Source of the DNA: Squalus acanthias
Lineage: Eukaryota
Assembly (NCBI GenBank): GCA_030390025.1
Contig: CM059432.1
Coordinates: 105,588,001 to 105,652,000, forward strand
Direction: 5' to 3'
Length of the DNA stretch: 64,000 nt
Part shown: positions 37,389 to 50,305 of the stretch, one piece after another
Layout: each line of letters begins with the position of its first letter
Position numbering within the stretch: position 1 is the first letter of the stretch
Position numbers and translations under genes: made by a program
Notes under the pieces: generated by a model
What the model was told of the DNA's origin: nothing
Seen by the model: only the letters and a program-made list of their open reading frames with translations
Database searches by the model: none

Positions 37389-37791
37389 GAGGAGCGCCGG
37401 GCTGACGGATTGTGGCCGGCACCCCGCAGCAGGAGGCGAGAGGGGGCAGGTGGTGGCAGGCGGCCCAAAAGAAAATGGCCGCCCGGCACCTGCACTTTAA
37501 TTATCATCGCCCCGGTCTCAAGAACACTCCCCTGACCCTGTCGGACATAGCGTCCGGCAGTAGGTCAGGGGGCGCGACCCAAGTTTGCGGCCGGGGTGCT
37601 GCACACGGCGATGATGTCATCACCGAGGCGTACCGCCGCAGGGTGCTACCGGCTACCGCCGCTGCTAACCTATCGCTGAATTTCGCGGGAGGCGTTAGCG
37701 ACGCCGCGCCCAGGCGTTAGTTGCTTTGTGCCTCCCGTTAGGGGCATTTGGGGCGCTAACGGGAGGCACAAAGCAACCGAATTTTTCCCCC
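37383..37791. mobile_element. Right half of GC-rich MITE
   Basis: Collinear with 41753-42194; ends gaatttttccccc followed by TTA. Confidence 0.8.
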
Positions 37792-38985
37792 TTATCTGTT
37801 TGCACCTTACTACATAATCTTGGATATGTGTACATGAGCCTTCCACTGTAAAATATTAACAATTCAGAGAAAGTGAATAAAACCGCAGCACATTACAGCG
37901 GGGCGGGGTGGGGCCAGGGGCCATGACTGGATCCGGCCATCTCCTCTAGAGAAAAGCTCATCTCACAACCCATGGGTAGGGGGCTGCGTTACAGGCCCCA
38001 GGGTTGATCCTGGCCACTGGGTGGACCTGCGCTCTATCGGCCGCTCAGTGTGACAGGTCGGATCTTCCTTGTCCAGCAAGTTTTCTCAGGAGCATGGAGC
38101 CGATCAGTGGAGGCCTCGCTGTGCCCAGTAACTAACTATTGCTCAGTAATTACCCCAAGGGCCTGCCCAGCGGCAGTAATGCAGTCATGGCCGCAGTGGG
38201 AGTTTGGTGAGTAACAGGCCCAGGCCTGGTTAATTACAATGAAACGAAGCAGTTACTGCACGGCCCCAAGTGTAGCTGTAGAACATGCTGGCAGCTTGCC
38301 GATATTATTCTAATGAGGCCCAAACTTCAGGAAAAGCCTCCGCCTCTTTCGTGGGCATCGCTCGTGTGTGATAGTTTAGAAAAAAATTGCGCGATTTTAG
38401 TGTTCTATCGTGAGATCATGAGTTAGATTTCATTTCACTCAGAAATCGCGGCTTTCGCGATAGATTCACGAGAGTTGGCACGTCTGAAACTGTTAACTAG
38501 CTTTTGTTAATCAGAATAATATTTCTTAACCTCATAGCCAGTCCAGTAAAATAAAGCTGGTGACATCAAAAGATGATGTAAGTTATACAGTCCAACATTT
38601 CCAGTGTTGTCTTGAAGAAATCTTTGATGTGCTTAAAATTAGGCCACAGTGACCCTTCAGTTATTTTAAGGAATGCAAAATAATATATAAAGCAAGGACA
38701 ATTTGTTTTAAGATAGACTGTAGAAAGAAATTTTTTAAACATGTTAAGAAATTCAAGGAATATAGTCCAACAAATGTCAAAAGTTTATGTTGAACTACAA
38801 TCAATAACCTTGACAAGGTTTTAGTTACTTTCAGTTGTACTCTGAAACTGGTCAACAGTAATCATCACATCTTCACAGAATGAGAGGGAAGATCAAAACT
38901 ACATTTCCCGTAATCATGCCCAGCCAAACAGTTTAAGCTGCAGTCTGGGCTTAATTAAAAACAAAAGAAAATTCAAAAACTGTAA

Positions 38986-39866
38986 GGGGGAAAAATTCAG
39001 TTGGTTGCGCCTCCCGTTAGCGCCTTAAGAGGGCGCTAATGGGGCGCAGAGCAACTAGCGCCCGAGCGCGGCGATGTTTGCGCCGCTCGGGAAATTAACT
39101 AGACATTTTGCGGCGGCGCTAAACACTACCGCCACGATCTCCTGCGCCGGCAGATCATGACGTCAGTCGAGTGCGCAACGCTCCGGTATCGCCCCGGAGT
39201 GGATATTGAGCCTGACGCAAGCAACGACAGGTTGAGGGGAGCGTTCTGCAGTCATGAAGGGAAAGGGGGAGCGCTATTTAAAGGTGACCGCTTCCTGCCT
39301 TTTATTGTTGGTGCCATTTTTGAACTACGCATTCTGAGAGAGAGAGGGAGAGACTTCTGGAGAGAGAGAGAGATTCAACGCTGTGTGAAGGAGTTTTGGG
39401 TACTGAGCAGCACTTTGCAGGTTCATTTTGATTTGCCATTCCTTGTATCGATTTAGAAGAGACTGTGGGGGCTGCACTCTGAGCTCTTTGCCTGGTACTC
39501 TCCATTGTTCTTTCCAGCAGATTTGATGTGCAGGTCTCTCCAGGCCGAGATTCAAGGCTGCAATGAGCAGCATGTGGATGGAAAGCAAGATTAACCATCC
39601 CCTTTAAGAACTGGCCCGTGCCATTGTGTGTGTGTTCCATTGCTGACTGACATTACATGAGCTTCGCCAGCGCTCTGAGGTAGCGCCTCGCTCCTCGGCC
39701 TTTGCGCCTTAAGACAGGTGTGAAGCGCCTGATTTAGTGCTCCAATCACCTCCAGGGGCGATAAAAGTCAAGTTTGCAGTCGGTGGCGATAATTAGCGCC
39801 AGGCGCTAATCTTTGCGCCCGGCCGATAATTGCGCCCCAAATGGGGCGGTACTGAATTTCTCCCCC
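38986..39866. mobile_element. GC-rich MITE (Harbinger-like), TSD TAA
   Basis: TIR GGGGGAAAAATTCAG / CTGAATTTCTCCCCC; TAA at 38983-38985 and 39867-39869. Confidence 0.85.
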
Positions 39867-41319
39867 TAAGTTCCTAACCATAAAAGGAACTGCCGGCAGC
39901 CAAATTATATTGGGAAAAGTAAGTGTGTAGGAATTTCCCTTTTGAGCAATTCTATTATGTGTCATATGTTGTACAACCATTTGCCTGCATGTCACCACTT
40001 CCACTTGGTTGATGAATAAAGTAAAAATAAATCTGCACATTCATAATGACTAACCATAAACCTTTCAGACATCTATTTTTCAACAAATAAAAACAGGAAT
40101 ATGCTGGAAATAAACAGTAGGTGAGTTAGCAAATGAGACAGGAAGATAGGTTAACTTTTCAGATGGGATCCTTCATCAGTGCACAATTTTTCATATTTTA
40201 CAAGTGTGAACAAAGGGGCTCTGAAAATCTGTGGCCTTTCCGGAAATTCCCATCACACGTTTGGCAGGAGACTGCTGGGGCGGCCGTGGACTGGAATTTC
40301 CGGGATGGGTTGTGGGAGGCAGAGCTCTGCCTGCCCCAAAACTTTCCCAGCCCTCAGAGGGACCCAGTGTAGGATCAGCAGAGGCATGTCTGCTGAGATT
40401 AGGTGTACCTGTCCTTCAAATGGCGGAAATGGGGCCCACCTGCAGGTTTAGGCCAGGATCATGGAAAATGAAAACCGCCAAAGAAAAATTTCAGTTTTAT
40501 TTTTGTTAAATCATTTTAAGGGAGTCCCCTCACACAGGAGGCTGCGAGGGCATCCCTAAAGTATTTCTGAGGAGGATGGGGTACCCAGCAGCTCCCCGAA
40601 ACCAGATACTTGTGCCAGACCTTTCAGCCTCCCAACTACGGCAGGTGCCCTAGATGCACCGATAGTGGAACAGGCCCCCACTATTGACATGATTGTGAAT
40701 GAACCTCCTCCGATCCCACAAACTTTGGCAGGGTCAGTGGCAGAGGTCCCAGGCATGTGCAATTTGGCACTAAAGTCAGGATGCCCATCTCCCTGTGGAT
40801 TTTTCTGCACACTTGCAACCTAAAGGTTGCTCACTCAGGACTGGTGTGATCCAGTTTTTTCATAAATCAGTGTTCTGCATAAATAACTTTGTTACTAAAA
40901 ATATTTTCCAAGTTTATGTTCATTAGGTCGATGGTTGTTAAAAGAAAATGTCATATCAGCCCAGAGTCAACATATTGTTTATATCATAGTGGAAACAGCG
41001 TGGTTTCTGTTAAGTAAGCATAGTTTTTTTATAGTTTTATTGAGACCCTGTCTCACATGGGAAAAGGCAGCAAACCCGAGGTCACTAGCACAGAGTACAA
41101 AATGCAAATCAAAGAGCCTGACAGAAGCCAGCAGAGGGCACAGATATATCGCGTGTTCCTAGGACAGCACAAAAAGAGGCTCCAGCCAGAAATCAACCTT
41201 TAATTTTCAAATCATTTCTGGTCCGGATTGGGCTCCTTGTTTACAAATGTCAGTTATAATTGGGATTTTTATTTGTTTAGCATTATAATGACTGTGGTAA
41301 TCTATCTTTATTATATTTA

Positions 41320-41322
<3 letters not shown>

Positions 41323-41350
<28 letters not shown>
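41323..41350 (+). repeat. (TA)n microsatellite
   Basis: Directly visible. Confidence 0.9.
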
Positions 41351-41354
<4 letters not shown>

Positions 41355-41419
41355 GTATCAACATATGACATATACATATATATCCTCTTGCTTACTTCCT
41401 ATCTTTGGCTTATAATAAT

Positions 41420-42194
41420 GGGGGTAAAAATTGAGTCGCGCCCCATTTGGGGCGCTAACCTCGCCGGGGCGCGACTTTTAGCGCCCCGAAAAAATTAGCG
41501 GCCCCGCGCCGGAACTTCAGTGGTTGCGCCCCAAGAGGGAAGCGGGGCGCAACTGGAAGCACCCCGCATCCCTCTTGGGGCGCTGCGAGTGAATATCCTG
41601 GCGCTACGTGCCGCAGCGCCACGCGCTGCGGCACGTCGCGCCGCGGTATTGCAGGCCTTCCTCCCCTTCTTAAAGGGGAGGGGCCTTGCGCAGCGCGAAC
41701 CGGGGCCCAGCTGGGCTCCCAGGGATCGGGAGTGCCGGCAAAAGAGCCCGGCACTCAAGAGAAGTGCCGGGCTCTTGGAGCGCAGCCGGCACTTCACGGT
41801 GGGGGGGCTTCACGGGGGCCGGGGACAGCAACGGGGGCAGGTGCTGGCAGGCGGCCAGCAACAAAAATGGCCGCCTGCCACCTCCCCTTTAAATATCGCC
41901 GCCCCGGCCGCACGTACGCCCCCCTGAACCCGTCGGACATAGCGTCTGGCGGTAAATCAGGGGGCGCGACTGAAGATCACGGCCGGGGCGCGAGCGGGGC
42001 GCTGCGCACGGCGATGACGTCATCGCCGGCGGCGCAGCGCCACAGGGCGCTACCGGCTGCCGCCGCCGCTAACCTCCCACTAAATTTTTCGGGAGGCGTG
42101 GGCGGCGCTGCGCCCGGGCGTTAGCTGCTTTACGCCCCATTAGCGCCCATTTAAGGCGCTAACGGGAGGCGCAAGCAGCTGAATTTTTCCCCCC
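41420..42194. mobile_element. GC-rich MITE, same family in reverse orientation
   Basis: Ends GGGGGTAAAAATT / AATTTTTCCCCCC; very CpG-rich, so probably young or unmethylated. Confidence 0.8.
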
Positions 42195-42821
42195 ATGGAG
42201 TCTTCACTCCTGTCAGTCAGAGCGACTGTCCCTCCCTCCCTGGATTTGGTTAGCCAGCTCTCCTTTGTTGTTCTTTTATTTTTCTCTGCTGCATTTTTCT
42301 TTTTTTGTTGCTGTTTCTTTCTTTGCTTCTCACCCTTCCCCCCCTCGACTATGTAAGCTCTATGAAAGTCCCTCAAGCCTCTGCTAAGATTTTGTAAATA
42401 GGCCAGAATACAAGAAAGGCCTGGGACGGCAAAAAGCCATTGAGCCCATTAAAGCTCATCCCTCTAGTATACTAACTATCCCATCGGAGCATCCAATTGT
42501 ATTTTTACCCACCCTTTTCCTTGTAGATCACTTTTCCTTTTCTTTCCAATTTTTCCATCTCCTCACAAAGTAAATACAGATGAAGGTGGCCGTTCAGTTC
42601 ATCTACCTTAACCTTCCATAGAAACCTACAGGCCCACATCACTATGTCTAACTGCATCTTGAATAACTCCATGCTTTTATATCCACCACACTACCATTGA
42701 AGACTATTCCAGTACTCAACAATCTTTGAATGAAGGAGTGCTTCGTGATATCAGTCCTGAACTTGCCCGTTACAGTTAGTATCTATGTCCTGTAGCCATG
42801 CATTAATTTGCAATAGTGCAC

Positions 42822-43080
42822 AGGACAAGAGCAGCAGGTGCATGGGAACACCATCACCTCCAAGTTCCCCTCCAAGTCACACCCCATCCAGACTTGGACA
42901 TGTATCATTGTCATTGAGTCAAACTCCTGGAACTCCCTACCTAACAGCACTGTGGGAGTACCTTCCCCACGTGGGCTGCAGCAGTTCAAGAAGAAGTCCC
43001 ACCACCACCTTCTCAAGGGCAACTAGGGATGGACAATAAATGACAACAATGCCCATATGCTGAAGAATAATTTTAAAAAA
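42822..43080 (+). mobile_element. Non-LTR retrotransposon 3' tail within decayed minus-strand CR1 (~42400-43290)
   Basis: SWNSLPNSTVGVPSPRGLQQFKKKSHHHLLKGN; flanking IRALEVVQRARLIP remnant on the minus strand. Confidence 0.65.
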
Positions 43081-44407
43081 GATGAACCTTTTCTATTCCA
43101 CTTCATATTTTATATAAGGTCCCGTCTTCCTTGACTCCTTGCAAGATTGAAGAATCCAAGTTTTTCTTCGCTTTCCTGATAGCTCAGTGCTCGAACATTA
43201 GGGATCAGCCTCGCTCTCTGCACCACTTCCAGGGCTCGGATATATCTTTTGTCTGCTGCTGACCAAGACTGAATGTTATATTCAAGATAGTTAAAATGAC
43301 GACAGGCGTGAACTTGTTGGAAATGCAGCAGGAAGCACCTGACCACCATTTTAACTATCCGGCCGCCCTGCTTCCTCTGGGTAGGTAGGGTTATAGTCGG
43401 GCCTATCGTATTTTGGGAAATAAAATTTGCTGTCACTGCAGTTGCACTGAGCCCAGAGAGTGTTTTTGTTAGGGTATTGGATATTGTATCATGAGGTGAC
43501 AGAAATTATATGGCTTGCAGTTGGTAGGTGTCGCCAGTGAGAGGCCCGAACCGTTTTGCCGGTCACGTCTCATTTGAATTCAACTGGCGAGCTGCCAGTT
43601 TGTTCCGTTTTGGGGGGCGGGGGAGAGTCAGGTGGAAGATCTAGTGGGACATCCACAGAGCACAGGTCTACAGCAAGGGATTACAGGGGTGGGCTAGACC
43701 GATTTGGGTGGGTGGGGGTGCGACAGAGAGCATTATTGAGGGGGAGATTAGCAGCGAGGCACAAGGGGAGCAATTATGTTTATCCTGCCAAAAAGTGCCA
43801 AATAAATTATTGCTCATTGTTCCCGAAGCTGCTTCCATCAATTCCTTTAAGTGACGCTGCTTCTGGCCATTTCCCACTCTGTGTAGTCAGCTGGTCTAGC
43901 ACTCAGTGCCGTGGGTACCAAAATGGCATTGTTCTCCTAACAATGTCATAGGATATTGATTTGCATGCTCTTATGAAGTTTCCCCCTATTTCTGCCGAGA
44001 GTGCTGGGCACCCAAATCGAGGCCTGCTCGAAAATGGCAGCTGACGGGAAGTCGATGGTTAGAGTTTCTTTAAATTTTGGTGTCACTGCTGACCTGCTCC
44101 ATATGAAAAATGGAGAGGCAAAATTCGGGTCCGTGATGTTTCTTAATTTGGCAAGCAATACCTCAGCCACTTGCTTTATACAACTGCTGACTGCAGATTA
44201 TGATATTGTTGATGTCCCCTGTGGCAAACTGGATTGAGCAAAGATGAAAGGTTCAGAGCTAAAGTCACCTTTACAGCCACTGGCTCCACATCAGACTCCC
44301 TGGTGAATGGGAACCTTTGGAGAACGTTGTTCCTCAGAGAGGTTGAAGTAAATCCACCATTATCTCAATATGCAATTGGAAGAGTGATGGTGGGAAGGCT
44401 CAGTCCT

Positions 44408-44990
44408 CTATTGTACAGGGCCTTAGTGAGACCATACCTGGAGTACTGTGCACAGTTTTGGTCTCCTTATCGAAGGAAGGATATACTTGCCTTGTAGGCG
44501 GTGCAACTAAGGTTCACTAGATTAATCCCTGGGATGAGAGGGCTGGCCTATGATGAGAGATTGTGTAGATTGGGCCGATACTCTCTGGAGTTTAGAAGAA
44601 TGAGAGGTGATCTCATTGAAACTTACAAGATTCTGAAGGGGATTGACAGGGTAGATGCTGAGAGGTTGTTTCCCCTGGCTGGAGTGTGTAGAACTAGGGG
44701 GCATAGTCTCAGGATAGGCCATTTAAGACTGAGATAAGAAAGAATTTCTTCACTCAGAGGGTTGTGAATCTTTGGAATTCTCTGCCCCAGAGGGCTGTGA
44801 ATGCTGAGTCTTTGAGTATATTCAAGGCTGAGATAGATAGATTTTTGGACTCTAGGGGAATCAAGAGATATGGAGATCGGGCGGGAAAGTGGAGTTGAGG
44901 TCGATGATCAGCCATGATCTTATTGAATGGCGGAGCAGGCTCGAGGGGCCGTATGGCCTACTCCCGCTCTTACTTCTTATGTTCTTATGT
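44408..44990 (+). mobile_element. CR1 3' fragment
   Basis: LYRALVRPYLEYCAQFWSPY...; 3' UTR with (ttcttatg)2 tail. Confidence 0.88.
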
Positions 44991-45299
44991 AGATGCAATC
45001 TGGCTTGTCTTGTATCCGTGCTATTCTACCTCATCCTCTGCAAAGTAGCACAAATAAAGAAGGATACCTTTAGAAAAATTGGAGCATATCAAAGCCACCC
45101 TATAAAGCCTCTTCACCCACAGAATTGCCGACAGAAAATATAAAATAAAAATCTGAAAATTAACTAAATGTGCCAATAAGCCTCTCCTGCACATTACTGT
45201 CTGCCCTTTTAAGTTACTTTCCGTTTGAAAGGGCCACCTAGATGCCACATGCATATGGGTGGTATTAAGTAGTGATGTTGTCCCATTGTAAGTGTCACA

Positions 45300-48296
45300 A
45301 AACATATTTGAAAGTTCTTTATCTGAATGCACGTGGCATTCGTAACAAAATGGACGAGTTAACGGCACAAATAACTATGTATGGGTATGATCTTGTGGCC
45401 ATTACAGAAACATGGCTGCAAGGTGACAACGACTGGGAATTAAACACGCCAGGGTATTTAACAATCAGGAAGGACAGGCAGGAAGGAAGGGGAGGTGGGG
45501 TGGCTATGTTAATAAAGGAAGGAATCACTGTAATACAGAGAAATTATATTGGGTCAAAGGATCAGGATAATGAAACAGTTTGGGTGGAGATAAGGAATAA
45601 TAAGGGGAAAAAACACTAGTGGGAGTAGTATATAGGCCTCCTAATAGTTGCAACTCTGCTGGAAGAAGTATTAATCAGGAAATAGTTGGGGCATGTAATA
45701 AGGGAACAGCTATAATTATGGGGGATGTTAACTATCATATTAACTGGACAAATCAAATTGGGCAGGGCAGCCTTGAGGAAGAGTTTATTGAGTGTATTAG
45801 GGATGGATTTCGTGAGCAGTATGTAACTGATCCTACAAGAGGGCAAGCAACATTGGACCTGGTCCTGTGTAATGAGTCAGGATTAATTAATAATGTCCTA
45901 GTTAAGGATCCCCTTGGAATGAGTGACCATAACATGGTTGAATTCCATATCCAATTAGAGGGTGAGAAGGTTGGTTCTCAAACAAGCGTACTGAGCTTGA
46001 ATAAAGGAGACTATGATGGTATGAGAGCGGAATTGATTAAAGTGGACTGGGAAAATAGATGAAAGGGTAAGACGGTACATGAGCAGTGTTGTTCATTTAA
46101 GGAGTTATTTTACAACTTTCAAAAAATATATATTCCACTGAGGAAAAAAGGGTGTAAAAGAAATGACAGCCATCCGTGGCTAAGTAAAGAAATTAAGGAT
46201 AGTATCCGACTAAAAACATGGACATATAAGGTAGCCAAACTTAGTGGGAGGATAGAAGATTGGGAAGTCTTCAAAAGACAGCAAAAAGTAACTAAAGGAT
46301 TGATTAAGAAAGGGAAGATAGATTATGAAAATAAATTAGCAAAAAATATAAAAACAGATAGCAAGAGTTTCTATAGTTATATAAAAAGAAAAAGGGTGGT
46401 TAAGGCAAACGTAGGTCCCTTAGAGGATGAGACCGGGAAATTAATGGTGGGAAACATGGAGATGGCAAAAATGCTGAACAAATATTTTGTTTCAGTCTTT
46501 ACGGTAGAGGACACTAAGAATATCCCAACACTGGAAAAACAGGGGGCTCTAGTGGGGGAGGAGCTAAATACGATTAAAATCACTAAGGGATTGGTACTCA
46601 GTAAAATAATGGGACTCAAGGCGGATAAATCCCCTGGACCTGATGGCTTACATCCTAGGGTCTTGAGGGAAGTGGCAGTAGGGATTGTGGATGCTTTGGT
46701 AATAATTTTCCAAAATTCCCTGGACTCAGCAAAGGTCCCGGCAGATTGGAAACTGCTAATGTAACACCCTTATTTAAAAAGGGTAGTAGGCAGAAGGCTG
46801 GAAATTATAGACCAGTTAGCCTAACATCTGTGGTGGGTAAAATTTTGGAGTCTATTATTAAGGAGACAGTAACAGAACATTTAGATAAACATAATTTAAT
46901 AGGACAAAGTCAGCATGGCTTTATGTCTGACAAATTTGCTTGAGTTCTTTGAGGACATAACGTACAGGGTGGATAAAGGGGAACCAGTGGACATAGTGTA
47001 TTTAGACTTCCAGAAGGCATTCGACAAGGTGCCACATAAAAGATTATTGCTCAAGATAAAAAATCACTGGATTGGGGGTAATATTCTGGCATGGGTGGAG
47101 GATTGGTTATCTAACAGGAAGCAGAGAGTTGGGATAAATGGTTCATTCTCGGACTGGCAACCAGTAGCCAGTGGTGTTCCGCAGGGGTCGGTGCTGGGTC
47201 CCCAACTCTTTACAATCTATATTAATGATTTGGAGGAGGGGACCGAGTGTAACATATCAAAGTTTGCAGATGATACAAAGATGGGAGGGAAAGTAGAAAG
47301 TGAGGAGGACATAAAAAACCTACAAGGGGATATAGACAGGCTGGGTGAGTGGGCGGAGATTTGGCAGATGCAATACAATATTGGAAAATGTGAGGTTATG
47401 TACTTTGGCAGGAAAAATTAGAGAGCAAGTTATTATCTTAATGGCGAGAAACTGGAAAGTACTGCAGTACAAAGGGATCTGGGGGTCCTAGTGCAAGAAA
47501 ATCAAAAAGTTAGTATGCAGGTGCAGCAGGTGATCAAGAAGGCCAACGGAATGTTGGCTTTTATTGCTAGGGGGATAGATTATAAAAACAGGGAGGTATT
47601 GCTGCAGTTATATAAGGTATTGGTGAGACCGCTCCTGGAATACTGCATACAGTTTTGGTGTCCATACTTAAGAAAAGACATACTTGCTCTCGAGGTAGTA
47701 CAAAGAAGTTTCACTCGGTTAATCCCGGGGATGAGGGGGTGGACATATGAGGAGAGGTTGAGTAGATTGGAACTCTACTCATTGGAGTTCAGAAGAATGA
47801 GAGGCGATCTTATTGAAACATATAAGATTGTGAAGGGGCTTGATTGGGTGGATGCGGTAAGGATGTTCCCAAGGATGGGTGAAACTAGAACTAGGGGGCA
47901 TAATCTTAGAATAAGGGGCTGCTCTTTCAAAACTGAGATGAGGAGAAACTTCTTCACTCAGAGGGTAGTAGGTCTGTGGAATTTGCTGCCCCAGGAAGCT
48001 GTGGAAACTACATCATTAAATAAATTTAAAACAGAAATAGATAGTTTCCTAGAAGTAAAGGGAATTAGGGGTTACGGGGAGCGGGCAGGAAATTGGACAT
48101 GAGGCTGAGTTCGGATCGGTCAAGGCCCTGTGGGTGGCGGAGCGGGCCCAGGAGCTGAGTGGCCAGGTCCTGCTCCTACTTCTTGTGTTCTTTAGATTTG
48201 AGGTTAGGATCAGATCAGCCATGATCTTATTGAATGGCGGAGCAGGCTCGAGGGGCCGATTGGCCTACTCCTGCTCCTATTTCTTATGTTCTTATG
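45300..48296 (+). mobile_element. CR1 LINE, 5'-truncated ORF2 (EN+RT) with several stops/frameshifts
   Basis: YLNARGIRNK, ITETW, SDH, KSPGPD and KFADDTK across broken ORFs; (ttcttatg)2 tail. Confidence 0.92.
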
Positions 48297-48664
48297 TATA
48301 TTCCTGGAAATGGCATGCACGTCTTGATGACATTGGCCAGGAATTTCTTCAGAGTTGCTCCCACTTCACCATAACTTTGCCGGATTGTGATAATGGGGTT
48401 CTGCTGCACTTCCGGCAAAGTTAAACTGGTGGAGCATGAGCAGCTCCAAGGAAATTCCCAAACACTACTTCCTGTACATTTAAAAATTATAATGACACTC
48501 CAACCTATTTGACACAAAGGCAAACCAAAAATGCATGTCAAGTGGAAATAGTTAGAGAATAGAATGCACTCTTACAACTACAAAGTGCAAGAGCTGTGAT
48601 AACTTTCCTGACAAAACCCTTGACATACTGCATACAAAAGAGCACCTTGTGCAAGAAATCCTTC

Positions 48665-50305
48665 GGGCTGGATTTTGCCAGCGCTCAGAGGGCGAGATTG
48701 GAGGCTGTCAAAATAGCAAAGATTGACAGCGGGTAGGAAACCTGCTGTCAACCCGCCTCCACGCGAGTCTTCCAGGTGTCGGGTCTATCAGTGGAGAACT
48801 GACCCGACACCAAGCGGTGGGGGAGACAATTGAGCGAATTAAATGGCTTGTTAAGTGTCAATTTAATTATATTTTGAGGCTTCTTTCCAATCTTATGTTC
48901 TCCCCACGGGTTACCCGCTGCTCGGGGAACACGCCTGCTCAACCTGGTGTGAGTTGAGTCTGTTCTGATGTATCTGATAAGCTGACAGCTGCAGAAGTGG
49001 TGTAAAGGATGCCATGTTGCAGATGGTCAGTTTCAGAGCGCAGAAACTGATGGTTACTGCATTTGTAAGACATATAGAGATTTCTTTAGCTTGCAAGTGT
49101 TTGGAGGCAACTGTATGTCCAGTGCCACCTCACTGGAACAACCTCTCTCACCATTGACAGATCGCTTCTGTCATCTCACCTGCAGTGGTCATCTATTGCA
49201 GCAACATCGGTACCCTTGAAACTATCTCACCTTGCTCCTCTGATTCCTTCCACAATCAGCCCCAACACCAACATCACCAGGCACACCAACAACATCACCA
49301 ACCTTCTCCGCAATCACCTGCTGCTGCACAGGACACAAGGCATCAGCCCCTGACAGCATTGCTGCCTGGGAGACCAGCAATGGCATCACCATGGCCAGAT
49401 TTACTTCACTTGACGCTGTAAACTCTGGCTGCCACATGATGTGCCAGGTTGACACCATCCCACACCAGCACCGTAAAGCATCCCTTTAATGTCCAAGCCA
49501 TTCCATGTACACTGATCACAATGGGGCAGGGGGGGGGAAGTTATGTCTGAACATTCACTGGAACTCAGTAAGACACTTCTCAAGGTGTGCACAGATCTGT
49601 CCAATAAGGTGAAGTGTTGAAAATATAGATTTCACTGTATGACAACTCATTACCAGAAACTTCACATGGACATTGGCTAAACCTCTCAAGTGCCCACCCT
49701 TGTGTGTTGTTAGTTGGTATGCTTGCAGTAGGATGAGGGTGAATGTGAGGGGTGGCTAGTGAGATGGGGAAGTGATAATGTAGATAGAGAGAGATGGGTG
49801 GAGGTGCAAGGTAAGTTGGTGTGAGTAAGGATGTGCAGGAGTAGGGTAGGGAAGACAGAGTGATGGGGATGTGTTGAGTGGCACAGCAGGGTGAGTTTGA
49901 ATGTGGATTTGCAGTAACATTTCGTGATCCACTGAGATCATTGATAGGTTGGCGCCACTGCAGCCAGCATATGGAGGGAGTCTTGGAAGAGCCTGGGTGC
50001 AACCGTCCACCTTTGTACAGTGCTTGTCAGTGTTTGCAGCTCCTCAATGCTGTCAAACACTGACAGAACAACTGTCAAACTCAATGTGGCCATGGTCCCT
50101 TTAAGGAAACCGGCTGATGACGCGTCAACAAATGACATAATCAGACCTGCTTCCTGTTAATTAGCCGGGAAGCCTGCAGGGCGGGCTTAACAAGGCCAGA
50201 TGTGGAAAAATCCCTTTGACAGAGCGGCTGCAGCCAGGAGCGGGACCGGAACCCGGCAACCAGCTATCCCGCCACCATCTCGCCTCCGCAGAGAAAATCC
50301 AGCCC
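48665..50305. mobile_element. Non-autonomous Harbinger derivative, TSD TTC
   Basis: Perfect 12-bp TIR GGGCTGGATTTT (same as the 54480 left end); TTC on both sides; ~49695-50210 is homologous to the Myb intron 1/exon 1/promoter at 31930-32570. Confidence 0.85.

Larger units (their letters stand above)
33017..37390 (+). mobile_element. Near full-length CR1 LINE (3' end deleted)
   Basis: 5' tandem repeats, intact ORF1 and an almost intact ORF2; ends abruptly at a MITE half. Confidence 0.93.

Noticed and set aside
37870..38490. Possible hAT-like element ending gagagttggcacgtctg
   Set aside because: Only one candidate terminus is visible; no partner TIR or 8-bp TSD was found.
41455..42124. Overlapping Ala/Gly/Arg-rich ORFs or a CpG-island promoter
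   Set aside because: A by-product of the GC-rich MITE; no domain similarity, and no associated exon was found.
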